Below, one piece after another: positions 50,926 through 59,844 of a DNA stretch of 64,000 bases. Numbering within the stretch: position 1 is the stretch's first letter; each line of letters begins with the position of its first letter. Origin of the DNA: Patescibacteria group bacterium. GTDB lineage: Bacteria > Patescibacteriota > Gracilibacteria > UBA4473. The DNA is taken from contig CBFIAK010000002.1 in NCBI GenBank assembly GCA_965660445.1, forward strand, positions 76,867 to 140,866, read 5' to 3'. The position numbers and the translations under genes were made by a program. Below the pieces are notes generated by a model, which saw nothing but the letters and a program-made list of their open reading frames with translations, ran no database searches and had not been told where the DNA came from.

Positions 50926-51160
50926 ACTCCAATATTTCATAATCCGTATACACGGATTATTTCATATGTTCCGTCATATCTTCCTCTCGAATGAAGAGAG
51001 GTCTTTGTTTTCATAACGGTTGTTTTTTGCTACACGCAAAACCACCTACTCAAACAAAGCTACCCTCATCATTCGGTAAATTGCAAGAATCGCAGGGGTA
51101 ACTCCAATATTCCATAATCTGTATGCACAGATTATTTCATATGTTCCGTCATATCTTCCT
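50926..51160. repeat. Two 60-bp direct repeats with an internal hairpin
   Basis: 50926-50985 and 51101-51160, 56/60 identical. Confidence 0.9.
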
Positions 51161-51289
51161 TTCCCTCAAAAAGCCGTTCATATGCATTCACTTATTTTTC
51201 GGGGTTAATCACAAGAGGGATACATTAATATCACAGAATCACTCCTCTCCGACTCAATTCTTCATAGTGTATGGTAACGTTTTTTTCTT

Positions 51290-52714
51290 TTATTCATTTA
51301 GACTTATATCTTGCTTCACCAGTGATATCGTTTGAGGTTTTCCAACCATTGCCGGAGTGGTTATTTTTCCAATACGGTTCGTTTTTGCGTATTCATATAC
51401 ATCTTCAATAGTATTTATGATTCCGTCTTGTTTTTTATGATTAGGAGCTATGAAAAAGATATCAGTTCCGGTTTTTTGTGCTTTTTGGTATATGTTTTCA
51501 ATATTTTTTCCTTGATCAGAACCATATTTTGATTTTGATGGAGCGTCAGAAAGAACCACTACCATGTTTTTTCGTTTTCCATTATCTGTCGCTAAATCTT
51601 CGGATGTTTTTTCTTTGAATAGCTTTCTCATCAACACATCAGTTGATTCCAGCACTGGTTCGGCGACATCTCCTCCTCCTCCTGTATACATTTCACGAAG
51701 ATCTTTTATGATTTTTTCATGATTATCTGCTCGAAATGGAAATGACGTACCTGAAAGTCCATCTTCATCAAAAACTCGTATATCAATGTTTACATTCGGA
51801 TTTTTTTGTACTACTTCTGATTCTATGAAATCGGCAATAAGATTTATGTTTTTTTGCATACTACCTGTTACATCAAGAAGCAATACAATGTTTTCTCTGC
51901 CTTCAAATATGTTTTCAAGGCTCTTTGCTTTTTCATTGAGCGTTACTTCTACCTCTCGATGAGCGTATTCATCAATAATTGAAGACAATTTTTGAATCGC
52001 TTCACTTGTAGCGAATCCATATTTTTCATCCCCTACAAAACCATTCTTTTCCATTGTGTTTTTTAAACTTGAGTCAAGTGAATTAAGTATTCCTTGTAGT
52101 TCTCCCGTTTCTGCATCTGTTGAAACACCATTTTTAATAAAATAAAAGAGTCGTTGAGCGTCGTTTTCAGAAATTTGTCCTTCTATTAACCCTTTTGATT
52201 GTCCTTGTAATAGGGCATTCATTAAATCTCGTGAGGAACGAATAGTGTCTGTATCAACGCGTTGGAAATCATTCAAAGACGCTTTATTGAGCGTAACGAG
52301 TTTTCCATTTATTTCTAAGGGATATTTCTCGGAAATAAATGCTCGTGGGTGCTTGGATAAATACTGAAAGTATTCACTTGATTTTTCAGCTTCTGTAATA
52401 TCAATTACTGATTCTTTTTTATCCCGAATGACTAAATTTACAGTGGCGTTCATTGATTTGAGTCTGTTTACTACCTGATTAAGGTCTTCATCATTTATCT
52501 CTTGGATTCTTGAAAGAATTTCTGTTTGAAGAAACGTATCCAGTGTGGCTTGGTCTTCAAACTGATTATACATATACTGCAAAGTATCTATTTTTTGCAA
52601 TACATCTGATGAATGAGATATGTTTTCTCCTTCAGATGGAATATCATGGCTCTCCATTTGTTCATGAAAAAGGAAACGATATGATGTATGGAATCGGTAA
52701 AATATTGTTTTCAT
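51290..52714 (-). CDS. vWA-domain protein, possibly with a peptidoglycan-binding-like motif
   Basis: LLLDVTGSMQ, TGGGGDVAEPV, VVVLSDAPS; GDEKYGFATSEAIQKL. Confidence 0.75.
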   Translation of the reverse strand: MKTIFYRFHTSYRFLFHEQMESHDIPSEGENISHSSDVLQKIDTLQYMYNQFEDQATLDTFLQTEILSRIQEINDEDLNQVVNRLKSMNATVNLVIRDKKESVIDITEAEKSSEYFQYLSKHPRAFISEKYPLEINGKLVTLNKASLNDFQRVDTDTIRSSRDLMNALLQGQSKGLIEGQISENDAQRLFYFIKNGVSTDAETGELQGILNSLDSSLKNTMEKNGFVGDEKYGFATSEAIQKLSSIIDEYAHREVEVTLNEKAKSLENIFEGRENIVLLLDVTGSMQKNINLIADFIESEVVQKNPNVNIDIRVFDEDGLSGTSFPFRADNHEKIIKDLREMYTGGGGDVAEPVLESTDVLMRKLFKEKTSEDLATDNGKRKNMVVVLSDAPSKSKYGSDQGKNIENIYQKAQKTGTDIFFIAPNHKKQDGIINTIEDVYEYAKTNRIGKITTPAMVGKPQTISLVKQDISLNE

Positions 52715-52718
52715 AGTA

Positions 52719-53771
52719 TTATTTTTCTTTTATTATAATTTTGCGATCAAGATATGGTTTATGAGGTTCTTCCATAAATATTATGGGGTCACAAAGTACT
52801 TTTAATTTATTACCGAACCATCTCATTCCTTTATTTTGTTGAAAGTCTTCATATTTTTTTGTGTAATAGTTTTTGTTTTTTTCTCGAATAACATATTCGT
52901 ATTCAGAATTGTTTTTTAAAAACTCATAGAGTTTTGTAATGCTAAATATATATAATTCTACATCGTGTTTATCCTCTGTTATAACATGATTCATACAGGT
53001 AAACTCTACATGTATATTTTTTTCGCGTGCTTTATTCATAATGGGAATAATCAAATCTATATCGATTCTTTGAAACCCTTGTGTTATATCTACTCGGAGT
53101 AGTTTCGGTGTAGGCGATGAACTATAAGGAATTGTATTTAATGCTTCATAAATATGTTCCATCTGATGACTCAATGGATAATGAAAATTAATAGAAGACC
53201 CAAAAGGATGCCCTTCTATTTCGGCTTTTTTTGCCGATTCTTTCATTTGCCAAACATCGTATAAACTATTTGTAAATCGTTCAGTATTGTGACCATCAGA
53301 AACACTTTCTAGTAAGTCTTGAGAATGAAGGGCATTAAATCCAAATCCGATTTTTGTTGAAGGAGTGTCTTTTTGTTCTTGATCCGTTATAAATCGTTCT
53401 ATCTGACCAATTAAAGCTTTGTATTCTTGTGACTCATATCCTAAATATATATAGGCTTCTTCATATTGCCCCCATACTTTATACGATGGAGTTTGATCGT
53501 CCTCCCTTGGAAAAATATTTGTTTTTTGCCATTCCATATACGCTTCTGCTTCTTTTTGCATATAGGCTTCAACCGATATATCAGGATGAGATTCTTGAAT
53601 CTCTTTCTTTTGTTTTTCTAGGAAATTTTCAAGTCTTGTTTTGAGTTCTAAATGGTCTCGTTCTGCCTTAAAAAAGACTAAACTTCGTACTTCTTTTTTT
53701 AATGAATCTTTTGCTTCTCGTTCGGGAAACAATATATCGTTTAACGTTTTCTTGGGTTTCTCTTGTGGCAT
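52719..53771 (-). CDS. Hypothetical protein
   Basis: 350-aa ORF tightly coupled to its neighbours. Confidence 0.65.
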   Translation of the reverse strand: MPQEKPKKTLNDILFPEREAKDSLKKEVRSLVFFKAERDHLELKTRLENFLEKQKKEIQESHPDISVEAYMQKEAEAYMEWQKTNIFPREDDQTPSYKVWGQYEEAYIYLGYESQEYKALIGQIERFITDQEQKDTPSTKIGFGFNALHSQDLLESVSDGHNTERFTNSLYDVWQMKESAKKAEIEGHPFGSSINFHYPLSHQMEHIYEALNTIPYSSSPTPKLLRVDITQGFQRIDIDLIIPIMNKAREKNIHVEFTCMNHVITEDKHDVELYIFSITKLYEFLKNNSEYEYVIREKNKNYYTKKYEDFQQNKGMRWFGNKLKVLCDPIIFMEEPHKPYLDRKIIIKEK

Positions 53772-54094
53772 TATGAAATGGTATTAAAAAAAGACTCGAG
53801 TGATTCAATGTATTCTTTTTCATTTAGAGTGTTTTTTCTTTCAGCATTCTTTAATCGGTTTTGTTTCTCAATATTTAATTTTTCTCGTAATGAAATATCA
53901 AGACTCGGGTTGAGTTCTAATGCCTTCTTGAGCAAAATTCCTTGGTCTTTGTGTGCAGATGAAAACATCTGAAATAATTTTTCTTTTTTTTCTTCATCAA
54001 AAGAAGAAAACTGTTCAGCGATTTTCTTTTTTGTATCAATCGATATAAAAATATTTTTTTCAATAAGCGGACGTATTTGGTCGTAGGAAATCAT
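53771..54094 (-). CDS. Hypothetical protein
   Basis: 107-aa ORF whose stop overlaps the next start. Confidence 0.6.
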   Translation of the reverse strand: MISYDQIRPLIEKNIFISIDTKKKIAEQFSSFDEEKKEKLFQMFSSAHKDQGILLKKALELNPSLDISLREKLNIEKQNRLKNAERKNTLNEKEYIESLESFFNTIS

Positions 54095-54096
54095 GA

Positions 54097-54486
54097 TTAT
54101 TTTGTTTTCTTTTTTAAATTTTTTTGAAGAATACTCCAGTCATAAGGAAATTCGTAGTTTATACTTGCTCTGGTGAGAGCCGCAATACATTGATATATAT
54201 TCCCAGTAGTGAATGTGAACGCATTTCCAGTTTCTTTTTGAGCATTGAATCCTTCATATCCCGACTCTTCTGAAATTATTGGAACAATGCCTTTTTGTAT
54301 CATGTCTTGAGTGAAATCATCTTTATCCCATATCAATACAGCATCAGCTTTCTTTGTGTTTTCTCCGTTCACAATTTCAATACTGTTTTCTTTTAAGTAT
54401 TGCATTAATAAATTATAGTGATCACTCTTCATTTCTTGTTTTGTCTTTGATCCAATAGAGAGAATAAAAGGGGAACGGTTCTTCAT
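54097..54486 (-). CDS. Small protein resembling the C-terminal tail of glycogen synthase GlgA
   Basis: GIVPI...FNAQKETGNAFTF...AALTRASINYEFPYDWSILQKN. Confidence 0.55.
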   Translation of the reverse strand: MKNRSPFILSIGSKTKQEMKSDHYNLLMQYLKENSIEIVNGENTKKADAVLIWDKDDFTQDMIQKGIVPIISEESGYEGFNAQKETGNAFTFTTGNIYQCIAALTRASINYEFPYDWSILQKNLKKKTK

Positions 54487-54678
54487 TTGTTTTTTTTGAA
54501 AAAATCCCTTTATTATATACCAAAGAAACAAAAAAGTCTACCTGTTTTATGTCGAAATTATACAAAAAAGCATTACTCATATATGAAAATGGACTATCTG
54601 TTCAATTGTATTAGAGTTTTATTAAGGGGAATCGTTCGTGTTTAATATTATATATTTAAAACGAATGCATATTTAAAA

Positions 54679-54718
54679 TGGAGTTGAAGTAGTAAATTTA
54701 TATACTACCCCAACTCCA
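54679..54718 (-). terminator. Intrinsic terminator of the repeat-protein gene
   Basis: Minus-strand RNA UGGAGUUGGGGUAGUA...UACUACUUCAACUCCA (16 bp including G-U) followed by UUUU. Confidence 0.7.
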
Positions 54719-54766
54719 CCTCTATACTCTGAAATATATACAAGAGTAATGAAATAATAGTTGATA

Positions 54767-56137
54767 TTATTTAACGTACCAAGTTGATGTATCACAAACT
54801 AAATCAACTGAGTTTGATGCTTCGGTCAATATAACGGTAATATCAGCAGGGGTTACAGTGAGGGTGTTTGTAGGTGTTATGGTTGAAGCACCTTTTACCG
54901 TTACCATGAATCCCTGATAGGAACCTCCACATGTGGGAAGGGTTACCGTCGTTGGACCAGTCGTTGTTCCGGTAGGTCTTAGCATTGTTTGCGGACTTGA
55001 AATTGTCATTCCAGACCATGTTGTAGAAGCACTCGTTTGTACGTCAAAGATTGCAGAAGTTGATGCTAATACACTCGTTTTTGTTTCCCATTGAGGATTT
55101 CCAGATCCATCAGTTGTTAATATTTTATTGGCATCACCCGCACCTGCTGTTCCAATTTTTGCAGCAGTTACAGCGTCATTAGCAATTTTAGCAGTGGTAA
55201 CATTTGCATCAAGTATTTTTGCAGTCGTTACCGCATTAGAAGCTAATTTATTTGCATCTACCGCACTGTTTGCAATTTTTCCATTCGTTACCGCTGATGC
55301 TGCCAGTTTTGCTTCAGTTACAGCCAGATCGTTGATTTTTGCAGTAGTTACTGCACTGTTTGCAATTTTTGCTTCAATAACAGAGTTTGCAGCTAATTTT
55401 GCATCTGTTACTGCTAATGCATTAATTTTAGCAGTCGTTACCGCATTATCAGCTAGAGTAAGTACTCCAGTATTTGAAATAGTTGCATGCCCAGATAGAG
55501 GAACGCTCGTTGCAATATTGGAAACATTCCCCACAAAAATATTTCCAGAAGTAAGTGTTGAAGAAGCAAAGTTAGCACGGGCTTCCCAAGTAACTGTACC
55601 AGAACCATTTGTTGTTAATACGGTATTATTTGCTCCGCTGTCAATTTTTGTAGTCGTTACCGCACCATTAGCAATTTTGGCAGTGGTAACATTTGCATCA
55701 AGTATTTTTACAGTCGTTACCGCATTAGAAGCTAACTTATTTGCATCTACCGCACCATTAGCAATTTTCCCATTCGTTACTGCTGATGCTGCCAGTTTTG
55801 CTTCAGTTACAGCCAGATCGTTGATTTTCGCAGTAGTTACTGCACTGTTTGCAATTTTTGCTTCAATAACAGAGTTTGCAGCTAATTTTGCATCTGTTAC
55901 TGCTAATGCATTAATTTTTGCAGTCGTTACCGCATTAGAAGCGATATTATCTGCAGCAATTAATGCCCATGTACTTGTAGAACCACTTGTTACCAGTACT
56001 TGATTGTTTGTACCACTGATAATTGAGCTTGCACTAAACCGAGTTATGTATGCTGCTTGAGCAATTCCCATAATATTAGAAATCCCAAATAAGAGGGTTC
56101 CTAATGTTATATATGAGAGTATTTTGTGTGTTTTCAT
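54767..56137 (-). CDS. Secreted fibre-like protein with decapeptide repeats (xxxAVTxAKI/L)
   Basis: Signal peptide ending AQA; about 20 decapeptide repeats in two blocks; 272-bp near-identical DNA repeat at 55177-55448 and 55666-55937. Confidence 0.85.
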   Translation of the reverse strand: MKTHKILSYITLGTLLFGISNIMGIAQAAYITRFSASSIISGTNNQVLVTSGSTSTWALIAADNIASNAVTTAKINALAVTDAKLAANSVIEAKIANSAVTTAKINDLAVTEAKLAASAVTNGKIANGAVDANKLASNAVTTVKILDANVTTAKIANGAVTTTKIDSGANNTVLTTNGSGTVTWEARANFASSTLTSGNIFVGNVSNIATSVPLSGHATISNTGVLTLADNAVTTAKINALAVTDAKLAANSVIEAKIANSAVTTAKINDLAVTEAKLAASAVTNGKIANSAVDANKLASNAVTTAKILDANVTTAKIANDAVTAAKIGTAGAGDANKILTTDGSGNPQWETKTSVLASTSAIFDVQTSASTTWSGMTISSPQTMLRPTGTTTGPTTVTLPTCGGSYQGFMVTVKGASTITPTNTLTVTPADITVILTEASNSVDLVCDTSTWYVK

Positions 56138-56191
56138 TATATGAATATTAAAAGATTGAAAAGGTATATAAATAATTAAGATTAAATATTT

Positions 56192-56527
56192 TCAGCAGAG
56201 AAATACTTTAAATTCTGCGTGAATATATTTTTTTCGTTTTTGTAATATTTTCTTTTGAACTATTTGCCTTTCCCATAGTTGTGACAACATGAGTATTTTT
56301 AATGCTCCATTTCTTACAAAAGAATGAACGAATGAAATGTCTTCAAATACATTTTGTATTAATATTTCCTGATTATTACTTGAGTTACATATTTGCCAGC
56401 TCTTCTCTTTTATGAACTCATTAAATAAATAAAGAACCTCTTCTATTCTCTTTTCCCTGTAAACGGGTAATCCTTGTTTTCTGTTTTGTAATTGAATTTC
56501 CAGATCAAAAGGGGAACGGTTCTTCAT
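56192..56527 (-). CDS. Hypothetical protein starting with the duplicated MKNRSPF N-terminus
   Basis: First 7 codons identical to those of gene 54097-54486. Confidence 0.4.
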   Translation of the reverse strand: MKNRSPFDLEIQLQNRKQGLPVYREKRIEEVLYLFNEFIKEKSWQICNSSNNQEILIQNVFEDISFVHSFVRNGALKILMLSQLWERQIVQKKILQKRKKYIHAEFKVFLC

Positions 56528-56588
56528 TTGTTTTTTTGAAAAAATCCCTCTATTATATACTAAAAAAACAAAAAAGTCTATCTATTTC

Positions 56589-57542
56589 ATGTCAAAATCA
56601 CATCCTAAAGCCGTACTCATAGATGGGAATGCTCTTATGCATCGTGCCTATCATGGTGTGGGGCGTGGGTTTATTCCAATCTATAATGATATGCCAGTAG
56701 GAATGGTCTATGGGTTTGCTTCAACATTAATAAATATTATTCGTTTCCATACCCCCGATGTCTTATGTGTTACATTTGATACCCCAGAAAAAACGTTCCG
56801 CCATGAAATGGATAAAGATTACAAGGCTCAACGAACAAAAGCTCCTGATGATTTTTATCCACAAATGCCGTATGTGCAGGAACTGATTGAATCGTTTTCG
56901 ATTCCTATGCTTTCCTTACCCGGATACGAATCAGACGATATTATTGGTACTTTAGCTGTTCAGTCACAACCTCATAATTGGAATGTTTGTATTATGAGTG
57001 GTGATTTTGATTTTCTCCAACTGGTGAATGACCGTATACAGTTCTTAAAGTTTAACGGAAAAATAGAAGATGCACTTCCTTACGGACGAAACGAAACATT
57101 TGAAAAATTTGGAGTCTATCCAGAACAAATACGAGACTATAAAGCATTAGTAGGGGATAGCTCTGATAACTACAAAGGAGTCAAAGGACTAGGGCCTAAA
57201 ACAGCTGTACAACTGCTTGCACAGTTTAAATCTCTTGAAAATATGTATAAAAATATCAATGATTTACCTGAAAAATGGCGTGACAAATTAAAAGAAGAAT
57301 ATGAATATATTCAACATTGTTTTGCACTGGCAACAATCCATTGTGAAGTTCCTATAGCGTTTGATTTTAAAACTCAATTTCAGTGCCCAAAAGAAAAGCC
57401 TCTTGCATTCTTTGAAAAAATGAATTTCAATGCTTTGTACACTCGGTTTAAAAAACTCTATGATACCCAAATAATGCCATCGCATAAGCACACTAAAAAA
57501 CCAGAATTAAAAGAAAAAGATTCTCAAATGAGTTTGTTTTAA
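56589..57542 (+). CDS. Stand-alone 5'-3' exonuclease/flap endonuclease (PolA N-terminal domain)
   Basis: LIDGNALMHRAYH, FRHE...YKAQR, GYESDDIIGTL, SGDFD, ALVGDSSDN..GVKGLGPKTA; no polymerase domain. Confidence 0.92.
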   Translation: MSKSHPKAVLIDGNALMHRAYHGVGRGFIPIYNDMPVGMVYGFASTLINIIRFHTPDVLCVTFDTPEKTFRHEMDKDYKAQRTKAPDDFYPQMPYVQELIESFSIPMLSLPGYESDDIIGTLAVQSQPHNWNVCIMSGDFDFLQLVNDRIQFLKFNGKIEDALPYGRNETFEKFGVYPEQIRDYKALVGDSSDNYKGVKGLGPKTAVQLLAQFKSLENMYKNINDLPEKWRDKLKEEYEYIQHCFALATIHCEVPIAFDFKTQFQCPKEKPLAFFEKMNFNALYTRFKKLYDTQIMPSHKHTKKPELKEKDSQMSLF

Positions 57543-57580
57543 GAAATATTAAACACAAAAAATAAAACGGATAGCTGTTT

Positions 57581-59821
57581 TTATTCAGAGGTCGTTTCTT
57601 CTATTTTTGTGAGTGGGGCTACCGATCCAACCATTTTTTTGATTCCACTGTTTTTAAAAGTGACAGTTAATACATCACCTGATACCATTAAAATAGTGCC
57701 TTCCCCAAAACTCATATGCCGTACTCTCTCACCAGTAGCAAATGGAGATGTTGGTTGAGCACTGCCCCAAAGTGCTTCTTCTCGGTTTTGAGGTGGTGCG
57801 AATAAAATATCGTGTTCTCGAGCAATACCTTGGTCGTATGGTTTTCGTGTCGACCGAAATGAAGAAAATGATTCTCGTCGTTCTTGTTGAATACATCGCT
57901 GATCAAGCTCTCCTAAAAATGGAGATGGATCGCCCAACATCGTTCGTCCGAATAATAATCGTTCGCGACACCACGTAATAATACATTCTTTTTCTGCTCG
58001 TGTTATAGCAACATATCCAAGACGTCTTTCTTCTTCGAGTTTTGAAATGTCTTCCGTTGAAGCATTGCTACTCGGAAAAATACCGTCTTCCCATCCAGGC
58101 AGAAACACGATCGGAAACTCTAAGCCTTTTGCCGAATGAACAGTCATGAATGTAACGCGTTCTTCTCCTTGTGCATAATTATCAATATCAGCAATAAGAG
58201 AAACTCCTTCTAAAAACGAAGCAAGTCCATCTTCAGTGGCATCATATTTTTGAGCGACAGAAAAAAGTTCTTGTACGTTTTGTTGTCGGGATTCTCCTTC
58301 ACTTGTTCCATCATCCAGATATTTTTCGTATTGAATGTCTTCAATAATTCGTTCAAGAAGCAGTGAAATAGGGAGAGAATCTTTTTTTTCTCGAAATGAT
58401 TCTATTATATTTCGAAATACACTTAATGTTTGTTTTTTTCCACTGTGTAAACCCGGAATTTCGTCTAAATACTGTAAAACTTCATACACTCCCATATCAT
58501 ACATAGACGCATATTCTTGGAGTATGCTCAATGTAGAGGCACCAATCTTTCGACTTGGAATATTAATAATCCTTAAACAAGATAAATCGTCTTTTGGGTT
58601 GTAGATAAGGCGTAAATACGCGATAAGGTCTTTGATTTCTTTGCGATCAAAAAATCGAGTTCCTCCTATAATTTGATAGGGGATTTGTCGACGCATAAAT
58701 GCTTCTTCTATAGATCGTGATTGAGCGTTCATTCGATACAGTACGGCGCAGTCTGAAAAACTGTATCCTTGTGTCTGGCATCGTTTTAAAATAGTTTCAG
58801 CAATAAAATTTCCTTCTTCTTTTTCATCTGATATCTCAGCTATAATTAACGGCTCCCCAGTGCTGTTATCAGTCCATAGCTCTTTCTTTCGACCACTTTT
58901 GTTGTGAGCAATAAGTGTATTTGCACACGAAAGAATATTTTTAGTTGATCTATAATTTTGTTCAAGCTTTATAACATTTGCATTTGGAAAATCTTTTTCA
59001 AAATTTAAAATGTTTGTGTAATCAGCACCTCGAAAAGAGTAAATGGATTGATGGTCATCTCCAATAACACAAATGTTTTGATGAGTATCGGTGAGTAGAC
59101 GTATCAATCGGTATTGTGTAAAATTTGTGTCTTGGTATTCGTCTACCATTACGTATCGCCATTTTTCTTGATATTTCTCCAATATTTCTGGATGAGTTTC
59201 AAATATTTCGACTGTTTTTTGTAATAAATCATCAAAATCAAACGCATTGTGTTCTTGTAGTTTTCGGTTGTATTTTGGAAATAAGGTATGCAATATTTGA
59301 GCGAGTTGTGTATGAGATGGTAAGTGGATTGATTGGGTATACGTTTCAATATCCATTAATTGGTTCTTTGCTGATGAAAAATGAGAAAGGATACCTTTTG
59401 GTTTTATTGTATCTTCGTCATTGAAGTACTCTTTTATCAGTTGTTTTATTAAGTTTTGAGTATCAGATGTATCAAAAATAACAAACTGTTTTGTCCATCC
59501 GAATGATACTTTTTCGATTTCCTGTCTAAGTATTCGTACACAAATAGAATGGAACGTTCCAACTTCTGGCATACGAATGCGAGTGGTATTTCCCAGCAAT
59601 GATTCAATTCGTTGTTTCATCTCGTTGGCAGCTTTATTCGTAAATGTTACGGCTAATATACGGTTTCCAGCAGTCCCATTGCGTATTAAATCAGCTGTTC
59701 TAAAACTCAAACATCTTGTTTTTCCAGACCCCGCTCCTGCTAAAATCAAAAGAGGTCCGTCGTGTATTTGTACCGCCTTTCTTTGTTGAGGGTTGAGTTG
59801 TTCTAAAAAATTATGAGTCAT
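57581..59821 (-). CDS. pcrA: UvrD/PcrA SF1 DNA helicase
   Basis: AGAGSGKT, VDEYQDTN, GDDHQSIYSFRGA, LEQNYRST, TVHSAKGLEFP, EEERRLGYVAITRA. Confidence 0.97.
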   Translation of the reverse strand: MTHNFLEQLNPQQRKAVQIHDGPLLILAGAGSGKTRCLSFRTADLIRNGTAGNRILAVTFTNKAANEMKQRIESLLGNTTRIRMPEVGTFHSICVRILRQEIEKVSFGWTKQFVIFDTSDTQNLIKQLIKEYFNDEDTIKPKGILSHFSSAKNQLMDIETYTQSIHLPSHTQLAQILHTLFPKYNRKLQEHNAFDFDDLLQKTVEIFETHPEILEKYQEKWRYVMVDEYQDTNFTQYRLIRLLTDTHQNICVIGDDHQSIYSFRGADYTNILNFEKDFPNANVIKLEQNYRSTKNILSCANTLIAHNKSGRKKELWTDNSTGEPLIIAEISDEKEEGNFIAETILKRCQTQGYSFSDCAVLYRMNAQSRSIEEAFMRRQIPYQIIGGTRFFDRKEIKDLIAYLRLIYNPKDDLSCLRIINIPSRKIGASTLSILQEYASMYDMGVYEVLQYLDEIPGLHSGKKQTLSVFRNIIESFREKKDSLPISLLLERIIEDIQYEKYLDDGTSEGESRQQNVQELFSVAQKYDATEDGLASFLEGVSLIADIDNYAQGEERVTFMTVHSAKGLEFPIVFLPGWEDGIFPSSNASTEDISKLEEERRLGYVAITRAEKECIITWCRERLLFGRTMLGDPSPFLGELDQRCIQQERRESFSSFRSTRKPYDQGIAREHDILFAPPQNREEALWGSAQPTSPFATGERVRHMSFGEGTILMVSGDVLTVTFKNSGIKKMVGSVAPLTKIEETTSE

Positions 59822-59844
59822 AAATGAAGTTTTCAAATCAAGAA

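Larger units (their letters stand above)
54466..56637. mobile_element. ~2-kb insert flanked by ~130-bp imperfect direct repeats
   Basis: 54466-~54597 and 56507-~56637 duplicate the divergent promoter and the starts of both flanking genes; no integrase visible. Confidence 0.65.

Noticed and set aside
50920-50985. Integron attC site
   Set aside because: Lacks the RYYYAAC/GTTRRRY ends and no integron integrase is present.
50492-50994. Short ORFs 50492-50740, 50706-50909 and 50785-50994
   Set aside because: They overlap tRNA-Leu and its duplicated upstream block; their mutual similarity reflects the DNA duplication.
55177-55937. DGR template/variable repeat pair
   Set aside because: Both copies lie inside one ORF, the few differences are not adenine-specific, and there is no reverse transcriptase in the window.
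55128-56003. 291-aa plus-strand ORF
   Set aside because: Antisense shadow of the repetitive fibre gene; its stop-free frame is explained by the repeated codons.
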